DNA from: an uncultured Acidobacteriota bacterium
GTDB lineage: Bacteria; Acidobacteriota; Vicinamibacteria; Vicinamibacterales; UBA8438
DNA length: 64,000 nucleotides
Assembly: GCA_913043225.1 (NCBI GenBank)
Contig: CAJWLU010000004.1
Span: 67,243-131,242 of the forward strand
Direction of reading: 5' to 3'
A program made the position numbers and the translations under genes. Position 1 is the stretch's first letter, and the number at the start of each line of letters is the position of its first letter. Below are positions 8,267 to 16,851 of this stretch, in pieces. Below the pieces are notes generated by a model. It saw nothing but the letters and a program-made list of their open reading frames with translations. It ran no database searches and was not told the DNA's origin.

Positions 8267-9169
8267 CTAATCTATCTCAAGGAAAGCGTAGAAGACCTGA
8301 ATCCCCAGCTCACGATTGTCGGCGTTGGCGCCATCGGTGATATCAGACGGCACGAACGCAGGGTCCACCGTCAACACCAGCGTCACCGTGTCGTCCTCGC
8401 CCATCGTCGCGGCCGACACAGGGAGCTCGTGAAAACTCGCGTCCGGTACCATCTCGAAGCTCGCAATCTCGGTCTCGCCAATGGCCAGCGTGACCAACTG
8501 TGGATCGTCGAGAAGTTCCGGACGCCCGTCGACCTCAAGATAGAGCGTGGAGTCTGTTCGCGGATTACGGAACGAGATAGTCGAGCGCCCCATCGTCCAT
8601 CGCCACTCGCGTTCCGAGTTTTCAGGCATCGACTCCACGTCGTGCCACCCGTCCTCAAAGAACAAGAATCCGCTTTCCGATTGCGGAGCCATCTCGAAGG
8701 TCCCCACCTGATACGCACGCTGACCTAGGTGGTCACCGCCGAGCGGCAGACGATCGCCCTGCGCCGGTGAGTAAAGCCCGAGCGCGACAGTGGCCTCACC
8801 GATGTAGGGGTACACCGGCGTGAAAAAGCGACGCCGGTAGGTGATCTCTCTCCCGGCCGTCCAGCTCGACAGCGGCTCTGGAGGATCGTGGTCGTCCGAG
8901 AACATCACGGCCCCGTCTGCATCGAGGAAGTGTACAAAGACGCGGTAGTCGTCCTCGAGCGCCGGCGCGGACGGCGCGAGCGTGAACCGATAGGTCATCT
9001 CGAGCGGCCCACCGAGCGGCACCCGATCGCGACCTAATGCCACGGCGGCGGTCCCGATCGGGGGTGCCGTATCGGCCAGGCCGCAAGCCGACAGCCCCGT
9101 CACGAGCGACAAAAAGGCCGACACACAGAGGAAGATCGAGCGTGGGGAACGCGTGATTCGCAACACCAT
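8267..9169 (-). CDS. Hypothetical lipoprotein
   Basis: 300 aa. Signal peptide plus lipobox (LVTGLSAC). No family that I can name with confidence. Confidence 0.5.
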   Translation of the reverse strand: MVLRITRSPRSIFLCVSAFLSLVTGLSACGLADTAPPIGTAAVALGRDRVPLGGPLEMTYRFTLAPSAPALEDDYRVFVHFLDADGAVMFSDDHDPPEPLSSWTAGREITYRRRFFTPVYPYIGEATVALGLYSPAQGDRLPLGGDHLGQRAYQVGTFEMAPQSESGFLFFEDGWHDVESMPENSEREWRWTMGRSTISFRNPRTDSTLYLEVDGRPELLDDPQLVTLAIGETEIASFEMVPDASFHELPVSAATMGEDDTVTLVLTVDPAFVPSDITDGANADNRELGIQVFYAFLEID

Positions 9170-9213
9170 CGTACGACGGCGGATTGTAGCTCTCTTTCGG
9201 CGGCGCCCGCAAG

Positions 9214-9242
9214 TTGCCGCATCTCCTGCAATATGTTACATT
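9214..9242 (+). promoter_or_regulatory. Sigma70-like promoter candidate for the BMC-H operon
   Basis: TTGCCG(9214-9219)-N17-TACATT(9237-9242) within a local AT-rich patch, about 115 nt upstream of the ATG at 9358. SD GGAGAAGGG precedes the start. Confidence 0.35.
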
Positions 9243-9357
9243 TCCGGCGCTTTCGTGCCCGCGGTGTACCCGAGGACGGGACCACGGCCACGTAGCCCCG
9301 GCCGCCCCGTGCCGCGGCCGCTAGTGCGGTCATATCGGCACACTTCGGAGAAGGGTT

Positions 9358-9636
9358 ATGTCGCTCGAAGCGCTCGGAATGGTGGAGACGAAGGGGCTGG
9401 TCGGCTCAATCGAGGCGGCCGACGCGATGGTGAAGGCGGCCAACGTTGTGCTGATCGGCAAGGAATACATCGGCGCCGGCTACGTAACCGTGTTCGTGCG
9501 CGGCGACGTGGGCGCGGTCAAGGCCTCGACCGACGCCGGCGCCGCCGCCGCCCGACGGGTCGGCGAGCTCGTCTCCGTACACGTCATCCCGCGTCCCCAC
9601 GGCGAGGTCGAGAAGATCCTGCCGCAGCCCAAGTAG
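9358..9636 (+). CDS. Bacterial microcompartment shell protein, BMC-H (PduA/EutM/CcmK family)
   Basis: 92 aa. [79 protein letters not shown] aligns position-for-position with PduA as I recall it. K26, N29 and R79 equivalents are present. Confidence 0.95.
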   Translation: MSLEALGMVETKGLVGSIEAADAMVKAANVVLIGKEYIGAGYVTVFVRGDVGAVKASTDAGAAAARRVGELVSVHVIPRPHGEVEKILPQPK

Positions 9637-9679
9637 ACACCTAGGTTCCACCCGACGCTGATCGGCTTCGTCGAGAACC

Positions 9680-11437
9680 ATGGCCGACGCCGCCGCTTTC
9701 CCCGACCGCGACCTCGACTCCATCCGCGAAGCCAGAGAGCTCGCGCGACGGGCGCGAGCCGCCCAGACCCGGCTAGCCGACCTTAGCCAGGAACAGGTCG
9801 ACACGATCGTCGATGCCGTCGCCGCGGCGGCGCAGCGTGAGGTCAAGGCGTTCGCCCGTCTCGCCGTCGACGAGACCGGCTACGGCAACGAGGCGGACAA
9901 GATCAAGAAGAACCGCTTCGCCGCCGAGACCATCTACAACTTTATCCAGCCGATGCGAACTGTCGGCGTGATCAACCGGCGCGAATCCGAACGGATCATC
10001 GAGATCGCTGAACCGTTCGGGGTTGTAGCGGCGATCGTTCCCTCTACAAACCCGACATCTACGGCGATCTATAAGATCCTGGTCTGCCTGAAGGCGCGGT
10101 GTGCCGTCGTCCTCAGTCCCCACCCATCGGCCGCCCGCTCGATCATCCGGGTTGCCGACGTGCTCACCCGTGCCGCTCTCTCGGTGGGAGCGCCTGAGGG
10201 CGCAGTTAACTGCATGACCACCATCACGCAGGAAGGCACGCTGGAACTGATGCGGAGCCGCGAAGTGGCCTTGATTCTGGCCACGGGCGGTCTCGGACTG
10301 GTCCGCGCCGCCTACAGCGCGGGCAAACCAGCCTATGGCGTCGGTCCGGGCAACGCGCCGGCCTACATCGAACGCACCGCAGACGTTCCCAAAGCCGTCG
10401 CGGACATCATCACCGGGAAGACCTTCGATAATGGTGTCCTCTGCTCATCGGAAAACTCCGTAGTCGTAGATGAGGCGGTCGCTGGCGACGTTCGGCGGGC
10501 GTTCGAGAAACAAGGCGGGCGTTTCCTCAACCCACTGGAAGCGGCCAAGCTGGCCGAGGTGCTCGTGACACCGCAGCGACTGCCGAATCCGGAACTAGTC
10601 GGTAAGTCGGCTATCGAGATCGCCGCCCGCGTCGGAATCGAGATCACCGGGGACACACGGGTGCTCATCGCCACGCTGACGGGCGTGGGCCGCGACCACC
10701 CGCTATCGATGGAGAAGCTCTGCCCGGTGCTCTCCTTCTACGAGGTCTCGGATTGGCGAGCCGCCGGTGCGCGCTGCAAGGAGATTCTGGCCTACGGCGG
10801 CATGGGTCACACCATGTCGATTCACTCGGGCGACGAGCGGATCATCCTGGAGTTCGGTCTCCAAGAGCCCGCTTTCAGGATCGTGGTGAACAGCCCGACG
10901 ACCCTCGGGGCAATCGGCATGACCACCGGCCTTGATCCGTCGATGACACTCGGCTGCGGCGGCTGGGGGGGCAATATAACGTCCGACAACGTCACGCCCA
11001 GGCACCTACTGAACGTCAAGCGGCTCGCATACGAGACTCGGTCGGCGCCGCGACCGAGTGCAACCGTCGCCGGCGGCCCCGCGCTCCCCCTGCAACAGGC
11101 GCCGGACCGACCAGTAACCCACGGCGTGGACCCGGCGGTTCTGAACGAACGCATCGAGTTGTTTCTCGCCTCGCGCGGCATCGCCAGCACTACGCCCGCG
11201 CCACTGGAGGACCAGGCGCCCACGCTGCCACCCGCGGCGCCGCCGACGGCACCCACCTCGGCCGCCCCCCTTCCTCCAGCCGCTACGCCAATGGACTTCG
11301 TCTGCGAGGACGATGTCCGCCAGGCGCTACGGGAGAACCGGCAAATTCTCGTCAGCGCGGCAACGATCATCACTCCGGCCGCCCGCGATCTCGGGGAGGC
11401 GCAGCGGGTGTTCGTTCACGCATCAACTCCTCGCTAG
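9680..11437 (+). CDS. CoA-acylating aldehyde dehydrogenase (EutE/PduP/AdhE-N type) with a ~130-aa C-terminal extension
   Basis: 585 aa. [20 protein letters not shown], and catalytic Cys in [16 protein letters not shown]. The core ends near residue 455. Then come a P/A-rich linker, an amphipathic helix, a second linker and a ~47-aa terminal module. Confidence 0.9.
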   Translation: MADAAAFPDRDLDSIREARELARRARAAQTRLADLSQEQVDTIVDAVAAAAQREVKAFARLAVDETGYGNEADKIKKNRFAAETIYNFIQPMRTVGVINRRESERIIEIAEPFGVVAAIVPSTNPTSTAIYKILVCLKARCAVVLSPHPSAARSIIRVADVLTRAALSVGAPEGAVNCMTTITQEGTLELMRSREVALILATGGLGLVRAAYSAGKPAYGVGPGNAPAYIERTADVPKAVADIITGKTFDNGVLCSSENSVVVDEAVAGDVRRAFEKQGGRFLNPLEAAKLAEVLVTPQRLPNPELVGKSAIEIAARVGIEITGDTRVLIATLTGVGRDHPLSMEKLCPVLSFYEVSDWRAAGARCKEILAYGGMGHTMSIHSGDERIILEFGLQEPAFRIVVNSPTTLGAIGMTTGLDPSMTLGCGGWGGNITSDNVTPRHLLNVKRLAYETRSAPRPSATVAGGPALPLQQAPDRPVTHGVDPAVLNERIELFLASRGIASTTPAPLEDQAPTLPPAAPPTAPTSAAPLPPAATPMDFVCEDDVRQALRENRQILVSAATIITPAARDLGEAQRVFVHASTPR

Positions 11438-11451
11438 CACCGAACCGACGC

Positions 11452-11919
11452 GTGGCCGACTTCGACCCCACCGCGCATCGCCTAGTCCCGACCCGCACCT
11501 TCGACGAGTTGGCGATCGGCGAGCAATTTCCGATCCCGAGCCGCACGGTGACCGACGGCCAATTCGCCGCGTTCCAGGTCGTCTCGGCCGACAATCATCC
11601 GGTGCACTACGACGCCGAGTATTGCCGCTCTCAAGGGTATTCCGCGCCGATCGCACATGGTTTTCAGGTGCTCTCGGCCACCGCTCCCGGCGCCGGGCTC
11701 TTTCCCCACGTGATGGGCCAGCGGCTCATGGGCTTCCTCGAACAGTCCTCCCGTTTTCTCGCTCCGGTCTATCTGGGCGACACGCTTTATCCCGAGCTCA
11801 CGATTACCGATCTAGTTCGACAGCGCACGACGGGCGTCGTCACCCTCCGCGCCACTGTGCACAACCAGCACCGCACCTTAGTCCTCGACGGCAGCCAAAA
11901 GTTCCTCGTCCGTCTGTAG
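11452..11919 (+). CDS. MaoC-like (R)-specific enoyl-CoA hydratase/dehydratase (hotdog fold)
   Basis: 155 aa, GTG start. Hydratase-2-like motif SADNHPVHYDAEYC..GYSAPIAHG. Starts 14 nt after the AldDh stop. Confidence 0.85.
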   Translation: MADFDPTAHRLVPTRTFDELAIGEQFPIPSRTVTDGQFAAFQVVSADNHPVHYDAEYCRSQGYSAPIAHGFQVLSATAPGAGLFPHVMGQRLMGFLEQSSRFLAPVYLGDTLYPELTITDLVRQRTTGVVTLRATVHNQHRTLVLDGSQKFLVRL

Positions 11920-12018
11920 CCGCCGCGCCCCACGAGGAGCGCGCAAGAAACTGCGGCTAGACCTATCTCGATACAGGCCGCGGCCTCGGGTCGACGGGTC
12001 AAGGTCTGGCCCGGCTCG

Positions 12019-12024
12019 TATAAT
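12019..12024 (+). promoter_or_regulatory. Perfect TATAAT -10 hexamer upstream of the AsnB-like operon (weak -35)
   Basis: TATAAT at 12019-12024. AGGAG at 12034-12038 lies 8 nt before the ATG at 12047. No good TTGACA-like hexamer at 17+/-1 nt. Confidence 0.3.
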
Positions 12025-12046
12025 GCGACGAACAGGAGACAGTCCC

Positions 12047-13390
12047 ATGGACCGCCAGATTCATCGAGTCATCGACCTCATCGACGATTCCGAGCAACTG
12101 ATTCAGAACATGGCGATCGCCGATGCCCGCGACCGGTTACGCGGCTCTCCTGACGGCATGCTCGGGATCCAGGGCTCGTTTGCGCTGACGGTCAGGGACC
12201 GCGAACAGGTGCTCATGGCGCGGAGCCTCGACCGACCAATGCGCTACTTCCTCGCAAAAGAGGTCGCCGGCCCGTTGCTCATCGTCGCGGAGCGAATCGA
12301 CGAAATCGCCGACCAATTACAGCGTCTGGGGTACGGCGACCAGTTCCATCCAACCTACACCCGGATGGTACCGGCACATCACGTGACCGCGCTCCGACTG
12401 ATCGGCTGCCCTGACCCGAACCCACAGCAGCGCCGGTTCTTTGCTCCACCCCGGGCCACGCTCGCTCCCGACCTCGATCAGATCGGCGATGCCTATATCG
12501 AGGCACTGACTGGCGAAGTCACGACCTGGCTGGACGCGCAAGACCCTAAGGCGCCACTCGGCGTCCTCTTTTCTGGCGGCATCGACAGCACGGCCGTGCT
12601 TGTAACGCTGTACCGCGCCTTGATTGACCGGGGCGACAGCGCCGCGCGACTCAAAGCCTTCACGCTGGCCGTCGACGGCCAAGGTTCCGACCTGGAACAG
12701 GCACGTCGTGCGCTCGCGCACCTCGAGCTCGGATTCCTGCACGAGCCGGTGGACGCTCCAAGTAACGCGCTGGATCCCCTCGAGGCGGTGGAGGTGATTG
12801 AGGACTACAAACCACTGGACGTCGAATGCGCCACCATGATGCTGGCGCTGCTCGGTGGCATCCGCGCCCGCTACCCCCACTGGCGTCTCATCGTTGACGG
12901 CGACGGCGGTGACGAAAACCTTAAGGACTACCCTCTCGAAGAAGACAACGAGTTGACGATCCGCAGCGTCGTATCGAACTCGATGCTCTACCAGGAAGGG
13001 TGGGGCGTCGACGCGCTCAAGCACTCCCTGACCTACTCCGGCGGTCTCTCGCGCGCCTGCGTCAGGGGCCGCGCGCCAGCCCGCCGCCTTGGCTTTCTCG
13101 GCTTCAGCCCCTTCACGCGCCCTGGTCTCGTGCGAGTGGCAGAAGCCATCCCGTTCGACGCGCTGACCAAAGGATCGACCGCGCGGCTCTACGCCCTGAA
13201 GGGCGAGATCGTCAGGCGCGGACTCGAGCATCGCTACGGGCGTTCCATGCCCATTTACCCCAAACGACGCTTTCAGCACGGCGCCGCGACGCCATCGACC
13301 TTTACCTCGAGATTCTCGGTACCCGAAGAGCGCTATCGCGCCCACTTCCAGACGCTTTGGGGAGCCCCCACCGGCGCACGCTCCATCTAA
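12047..13390 (+). CDS. Asparagine synthetase B / beta-lactam synthetase-like adenylating amidoligase lacking the N-terminal Cys nucleophile
   Basis: PP-loop LGVLFSGGIDSTAV. AsnB/beta-LS-like GSFALTVRDREQVLMARSLDRPMRYF lies only ~45 aa from the N-terminus. There is no Cys2, so the Ntn glutaminase domain is truncated. I prefer the start at 12047 (SD AGGAG) over the track ATG at 12023. Confidence 0.75.
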   Translation: MDRQIHRVIDLIDDSEQLIQNMAIADARDRLRGSPDGMLGIQGSFALTVRDREQVLMARSLDRPMRYFLAKEVAGPLLIVAERIDEIADQLQRLGYGDQFHPTYTRMVPAHHVTALRLIGCPDPNPQQRRFFAPPRATLAPDLDQIGDAYIEALTGEVTTWLDAQDPKAPLGVLFSGGIDSTAVLVTLYRALIDRGDSAARLKAFTLAVDGQGSDLEQARRALAHLELGFLHEPVDAPSNALDPLEAVEVIEDYKPLDVECATMMLALLGGIRARYPHWRLIVDGDGGDENLKDYPLEEDNELTIRSVVSNSMLYQEGWGVDALKHSLTYSGGLSRACVRGRAPARRLGFLGFSPFTRPGLVRVAEAIPFDALTKGSTARLYALKGEIVRRGLEHRYGRSMPIYPKRRFQHGAATPSTFTSRFSVPEERYRAHFQTLWGAPTGARSI

Positions 13391-13396
13391 TCCGGC

Positions 13397-14305
13397 ATGA
13401 CTGACCCACCAGGGCCGGTCCGGCCAAGACCTCCGGTGCGACTTGTTCACGAGTGGGAGCACAGCCCCGCCGGGACACGCTGTCAAGCCAGCACCGTCTT
13501 TCTTGTCGGTGCTCGGTGCCCCTTCGCCTGTGTGTTCTGCGACCTCGGGCAATACACCATCGGTGGCCCAACGCCTCCCGGGGCGATCACCGGACAGTTG
13601 GACTGGGCGCTGTCCCGCATCGTTCACCGGGATCGCATCAAGCTCTACAACGCCAGCAACTTCTTCGACGAGCGTGCAATCCCAGCCGCCGAGGACCGGG
13701 ACATCGTTGAACGCCTCCACCGGTTCGCTGAAGTGGTCGTGGAATGTCACCCGTGCCTCATTGGCGACCGATGCTTCGCCTTTGCCGATCGCCTTGCCGG
13801 GAGACTGCAGGTCGCGCTCGGCCTGGAGACCGCGCATCCGGAAACACTGGAGCGCCTGAACAAGGGCATGACACTCGCCGACTTCGACCGCGCCGCGGAA
13901 ACCCTCCGGCGGCACCGGATCGGTCTCAGAGCATTCGTACTCGTCGGTGCCCCGTTTCTGACAGCCTCGGAGCAGCACACCTGGACACTCCGGTCTGTCG
14001 ATCACGCGGTGGCGCAGGGCGCCGAACAGGTCTCTCTCATCCCGGTCCGTCCGCAGGCCGAACTCGACGGCCTGTCCTCCCAGGGCAAATGGCTCCAGCC
14101 CAGCTTCGCCCGGTTCGAGTCCGTGGTCGAGTCGGCGGTGGACAGCCACGGCCGATTGGTCCAGGCAGACCTGTGGGATCTGGAACGGTTGTCGACCTGC
14201 GCGGTGTGTCTCCCTGCGCGCCGGAATCGCCTCGACGCGATGAACCGAGACGGGCGGATACACCCGGCGGTCGGGTGCTCGCGGTGCGAGAGGGTAGCCT
14301 CGTGA
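13397..14305 (+). CDS. Radical SAM protein (Elp3-type TIM barrel; resembles the TIGR01210/RaSEA-like group by recollection)
   Basis: 302 aa. CxxxCxxC = C41-P-F-A-C45-V-F-C48 (nt 13517-13540). IKLYNASNFFD, GLETAHPETLERLNKG. Starts 6 nt after the AsnB-like stop. Confidence 0.85.
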   Translation: MTDPPGPVRPRPPVRLVHEWEHSPAGTRCQASTVFLVGARCPFACVFCDLGQYTIGGPTPPGAITGQLDWALSRIVHRDRIKLYNASNFFDERAIPAAEDRDIVERLHRFAEVVVECHPCLIGDRCFAFADRLAGRLQVALGLETAHPETLERLNKGMTLADFDRAAETLRRHRIGLRAFVLVGAPFLTASEQHTWTLRSVDHAVAQGAEQVSLIPVRPQAELDGLSSQGKWLQPSFARFESVVESAVDSHGRLVQADLWDLERLSTCAVCLPARRNRLDAMNRDGRIHPAVGCSRCERVAS

Positions 14306-15831
14306 GCTCCGTCGACCTGGTGGTGGTCGGCTCTGGATTCGCCGGTTCGATCCTGGCCCGTCTGGTGGCGCTATCCGGCCGTCAGGTGCTCCTCCTGGAA
14401 CGAGACACACATCCTCGGTTCGCCCTCGGAGAGTCATCGACGCCCCTCGCCGCCCTCTGCCTTGAACGGCTGGCCGGCCGCCACGGCCAAGAGGACCTCG
14501 CCGCACTCGCCTCGTACGGGCGCTGGCGCCAGGCATTGCCAGCCCTCCGCTGTGGACTCAAGCGCGGATTCACCTTCTACCGGCAGCGGCCCGACGTCTC
14601 GTTCTCGAGCTCCGACAGCGAGTCCCGCCTCCTCGTGGCGGCCAGCCCGGACGACGAGGTCGCCGACTGCCACTGGATGCGCGCCGACGTCGACAAGGCG
14701 CTGGTAGACCGTGCGATTGACGCCGGCGTCCACTTTAAGGACCGGGCCGAGGTAATAGGTATCGATCGCCGCGCGAGCCTGATGGCCGTGGACGTGCAGA
14801 CGCCCAAGGGTCGCGAGACGATCGGCGCGCGGTTCGTGGTAGACGGCACGGGCGGAGGACCGCTGGCCCAGGTGCTTGGCGCCGGCCGGGGCCCATCGCT
14901 GCCATTCTCGAGTCACTTGATCTACGCGCACCTCGACGGCGTCGCGGAGTTCCAGGCCGCCGCCGCACTGCCCGATGGCCCGTATCCAGATGACCAGGCC
15001 GCCGTACATCATCTTCTCGATGAGGGATGGATCTATGCACTGCGGTTCGACAGCGGCCGCCTTAGCGCGGGCCTCCTCCTAGAGAATGCGCCGACGAGCA
15101 CCTCGCCCGAAGACACCTGGCGGGCCACGCTCTCCCGCTATCCAACGTTGAGCGCGGCGTTCGCGCGAGCCCGACCCTACGGACCGGGTTTCCGGGCGGC
15201 CGGACCGCTCCAGCGGAGGCGACAGTATGCCGCCGGACCGGGCTGGGCGCTGCTCCCCCACAGCTATGCCTTCTTTGATCCATTCTTTTCAACCGGTCTT
15301 GCCTGGAGCCTACTCGGGGTTGAGCGGCTAGCCGATGCGCTGTGCGGTCCGGAACGTGAAACCGCACTTGGCCGGTACGCTGCGCTGCTCGCCGACGAGG
15401 CCGATCAGCAAGCCGCGCTGATCGCCGCGGCCTATAGCGCGAGGCGGGACATGGCACTGTTCCGGCCGCTCACATTTTTGTACTTCGCCTGTGTCAGCTA
15501 TGCGGAAATGCGGCTGCGGCTTGGCCTCGTACCGAATGACAACGCCGCGGCCTGGCGCGGATTCCTCGGCGCTGGGCAGCCTCCCTGGCCATCTGTCTTC
15601 GCCGAAGCACGAACGCGCATCGAGCACGCGCGCGACGCCGCCGACGCCGCGTCCTTTAAAAAGTGGGTGCAGGCGGTCATCGATCCCTATAACCTCATCG
15701 GCCTCGGGGAAGACCCGTCGCACCTCTACGGCGTCCATCTTGACCGGCTTAGGGCCAGCCACGCCCGCCTGGGCCTCTCCCCCGCCGAACTAAAGGCTCG
15801 GCTCCCTCGGCTCCGGGGCGGCCAGCCATGA
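14302..15831 (+). CDS. FAD-dependent oxidoreductase, flavin-halogenase/monooxygenase-like
   Basis: The GTG at 14302 overlaps the radical-SAM TGA (GTGA). Dinucleotide fold DLVVVGSGFAGS..LLLE, GESSTP, and FFDPFFSTGLAWS (the GD-type motif as in halogenase-like flavoproteins). A WxWxIP motif is not present (GWIYALRF). The track ORF start at 13744 is an overlap artefact. Confidence 0.75.
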   Translation: MSSVDLVVVGSGFAGSILARLVALSGRQVLLLERDTHPRFALGESSTPLAALCLERLAGRHGQEDLAALASYGRWRQALPALRCGLKRGFTFYRQRPDVSFSSSDSESRLLVAASPDDEVADCHWMRADVDKALVDRAIDAGVHFKDRAEVIGIDRRASLMAVDVQTPKGRETIGARFVVDGTGGGPLAQVLGAGRGPSLPFSSHLIYAHLDGVAEFQAAAALPDGPYPDDQAAVHHLLDEGWIYALRFDSGRLSAGLLLENAPTSTSPEDTWRATLSRYPTLSAAFARARPYGPGFRAAGPLQRRRQYAAGPGWALLPHSYAFFDPFFSTGLAWSLLGVERLADALCGPERETALGRYAALLADEADQQAALIAAAYSARRDMALFRPLTFLYFACVSYAEMRLRLGLVPNDNAAAWRGFLGAGQPPWPSVFAEARTRIEHARDAADAASFKKWVQAVIDPYNLIGLGEDPSHLYGVHLDRLRASHARLGLSPAELKARLPRLRGGQP

Positions 15832-15927
15832 CCCGCCGCTTAGGCTTCCACGCGATGCCCCTGTTGGGCTGCACATCATTTCCATGTTAGAGTCCGAAGA
15901 TATTTAAGGGCGTCCCGCATACGAGGC

Positions 15928-16809
15928 ATGCTGCCAAAGCGCTATACCTTCATCGTCGCTGACCGGTTATCCGGCTCCCTCCACCGCTTCACGGTGGCGG
16001 TGCGCCCGGTTGTCGCTATACTTGCCGCTATCCTGGCTGTCCCGATCGGCTGGACCGCGCACTCCCGCTGGTCGGCGGCAACCCATATCCAGCATCTGCA
16101 GCTCAGGAACGCCACCCTCGAACTCGAGAACGTCCGCTACCGCTCAGCGTCGGCGGAGCTGTCGAGCCGCATCGCCGCCCTGCAGCTGGCGCTCGGAGAG
16201 CTCCGCGACCAGTCCACTGTCGATCCGAGAGTCCGACGAGCCATGGGGCGTGTGTCTGAATCTTCCGAACCCCTCCGCTCCGTAGCACTCAGCACGCCCA
16301 CCGAAACATTCAATCTCCTACAGGACCTGCTGAACATGCTTGACGCCGAGCTGGTCGTGGCGGAACAGAGTGTCGAAGCGCAGCAGGCGCTCGCCGCCGC
16401 GACCCCGTTCAACCTACCGTCTGATGGCCGGGTCACCGACCGCTTTGGGTATCGGATCGATCCGTTCACAGGCGAGCGCAGCTTCCACAGCGCGGTGGAC
16501 ATCTCGACCGGGTATGGCCAACCGGTCTACGCCACCGCCGACGGCACCGTGGTGTCGGCCGGGCGCAACGGCGCCTTCGGCAACCTGATCCGGATCGACC
16601 ACGGATTCGGTCTCACCACTCGCTATGGCCACCTATCGGACTTTGCGACCACCGCCGGAGAAACCGTCGCTCGGGGCGACGTGATCGGCTACGCGGGCGC
16701 AACGGGCCGCGCCACCGGATCGCACGTGCACTACGAAGTGCTCGTCAATGGTCGCGCCATGAACCCGCTGCAACTCGGCTCGCTGGCACGGTCCCAGTCG
16801 GCCAACTGA
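15928..16809 (+). CDS. M23 (LytM-type) metallopeptidase with N-terminal TM and coiled-coil
   Basis: FHSAVDISTGYGQPVYA..GTVV..GAFGNLIRIDHG..TRYGHLS...GSHVHYEV. Confidence 0.9.
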   Translation: MLPKRYTFIVADRLSGSLHRFTVAVRPVVAILAAILAVPIGWTAHSRWSAATHIQHLQLRNATLELENVRYRSASAELSSRIAALQLALGELRDQSTVDPRVRRAMGRVSESSEPLRSVALSTPTETFNLLQDLLNMLDAELVVAEQSVEAQQALAAATPFNLPSDGRVTDRFGYRIDPFTGERSFHSAVDISTGYGQPVYATADGTVVSAGRNGAFGNLIRIDHGFGLTTRYGHLSDFATTAGETVARGDVIGYAGATGRATGSHVHYEVLVNGRAMNPLQLGSLARSQSAN

Positions 16810-16851
16810 GCCCTCTCCGCACAGTGCCGTCCAGCCATCGCGTCAGCATTC

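Noticed and set aside
11975-11986. Palindrome AGGCCGCGGCCT after the MaoC gene as a terminator separating the two modules
   Set aside because: It has no loop and no U-tract and is only a 12-bp perfect palindrome. It cannot decide whether the BMC and AsnB-like modules are co-transcribed.
12047-12120. N-terminal amphipathic helix of the AsnB-like protein (DRQIHRVIDLIDDSEQLIQNM) as a second encapsulation peptide
   Set aside because: It is not separated from the domain by a linker. It plausibly corresponds to the last helix of the vestigial Ntn domain that precedes the conserved G.FA... strand in AsnB/beta-LS. That is insufficient to call it a targeting peptide.
12317-14536. 739-aa minus-strand ORF, the longest 'gene' in the accessory island
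   Set aside because: It is antisense to three well-supported plus-strand genes (PP-loop, CxxxCxxC and GxGxxG motifs). Its translation is Arg/Gly/Pro-rich with no recognisable motif. This is a typical high-GC shadow ORF.
14302-15831. Calling the flavoprotein a tryptophan/flavin-dependent halogenase
   Set aside because: The WxWxIP motif is absent (GWIYALRF), and I cannot identify the catalytic Lys by eye. I therefore call it only halogenase/monooxygenase-like.
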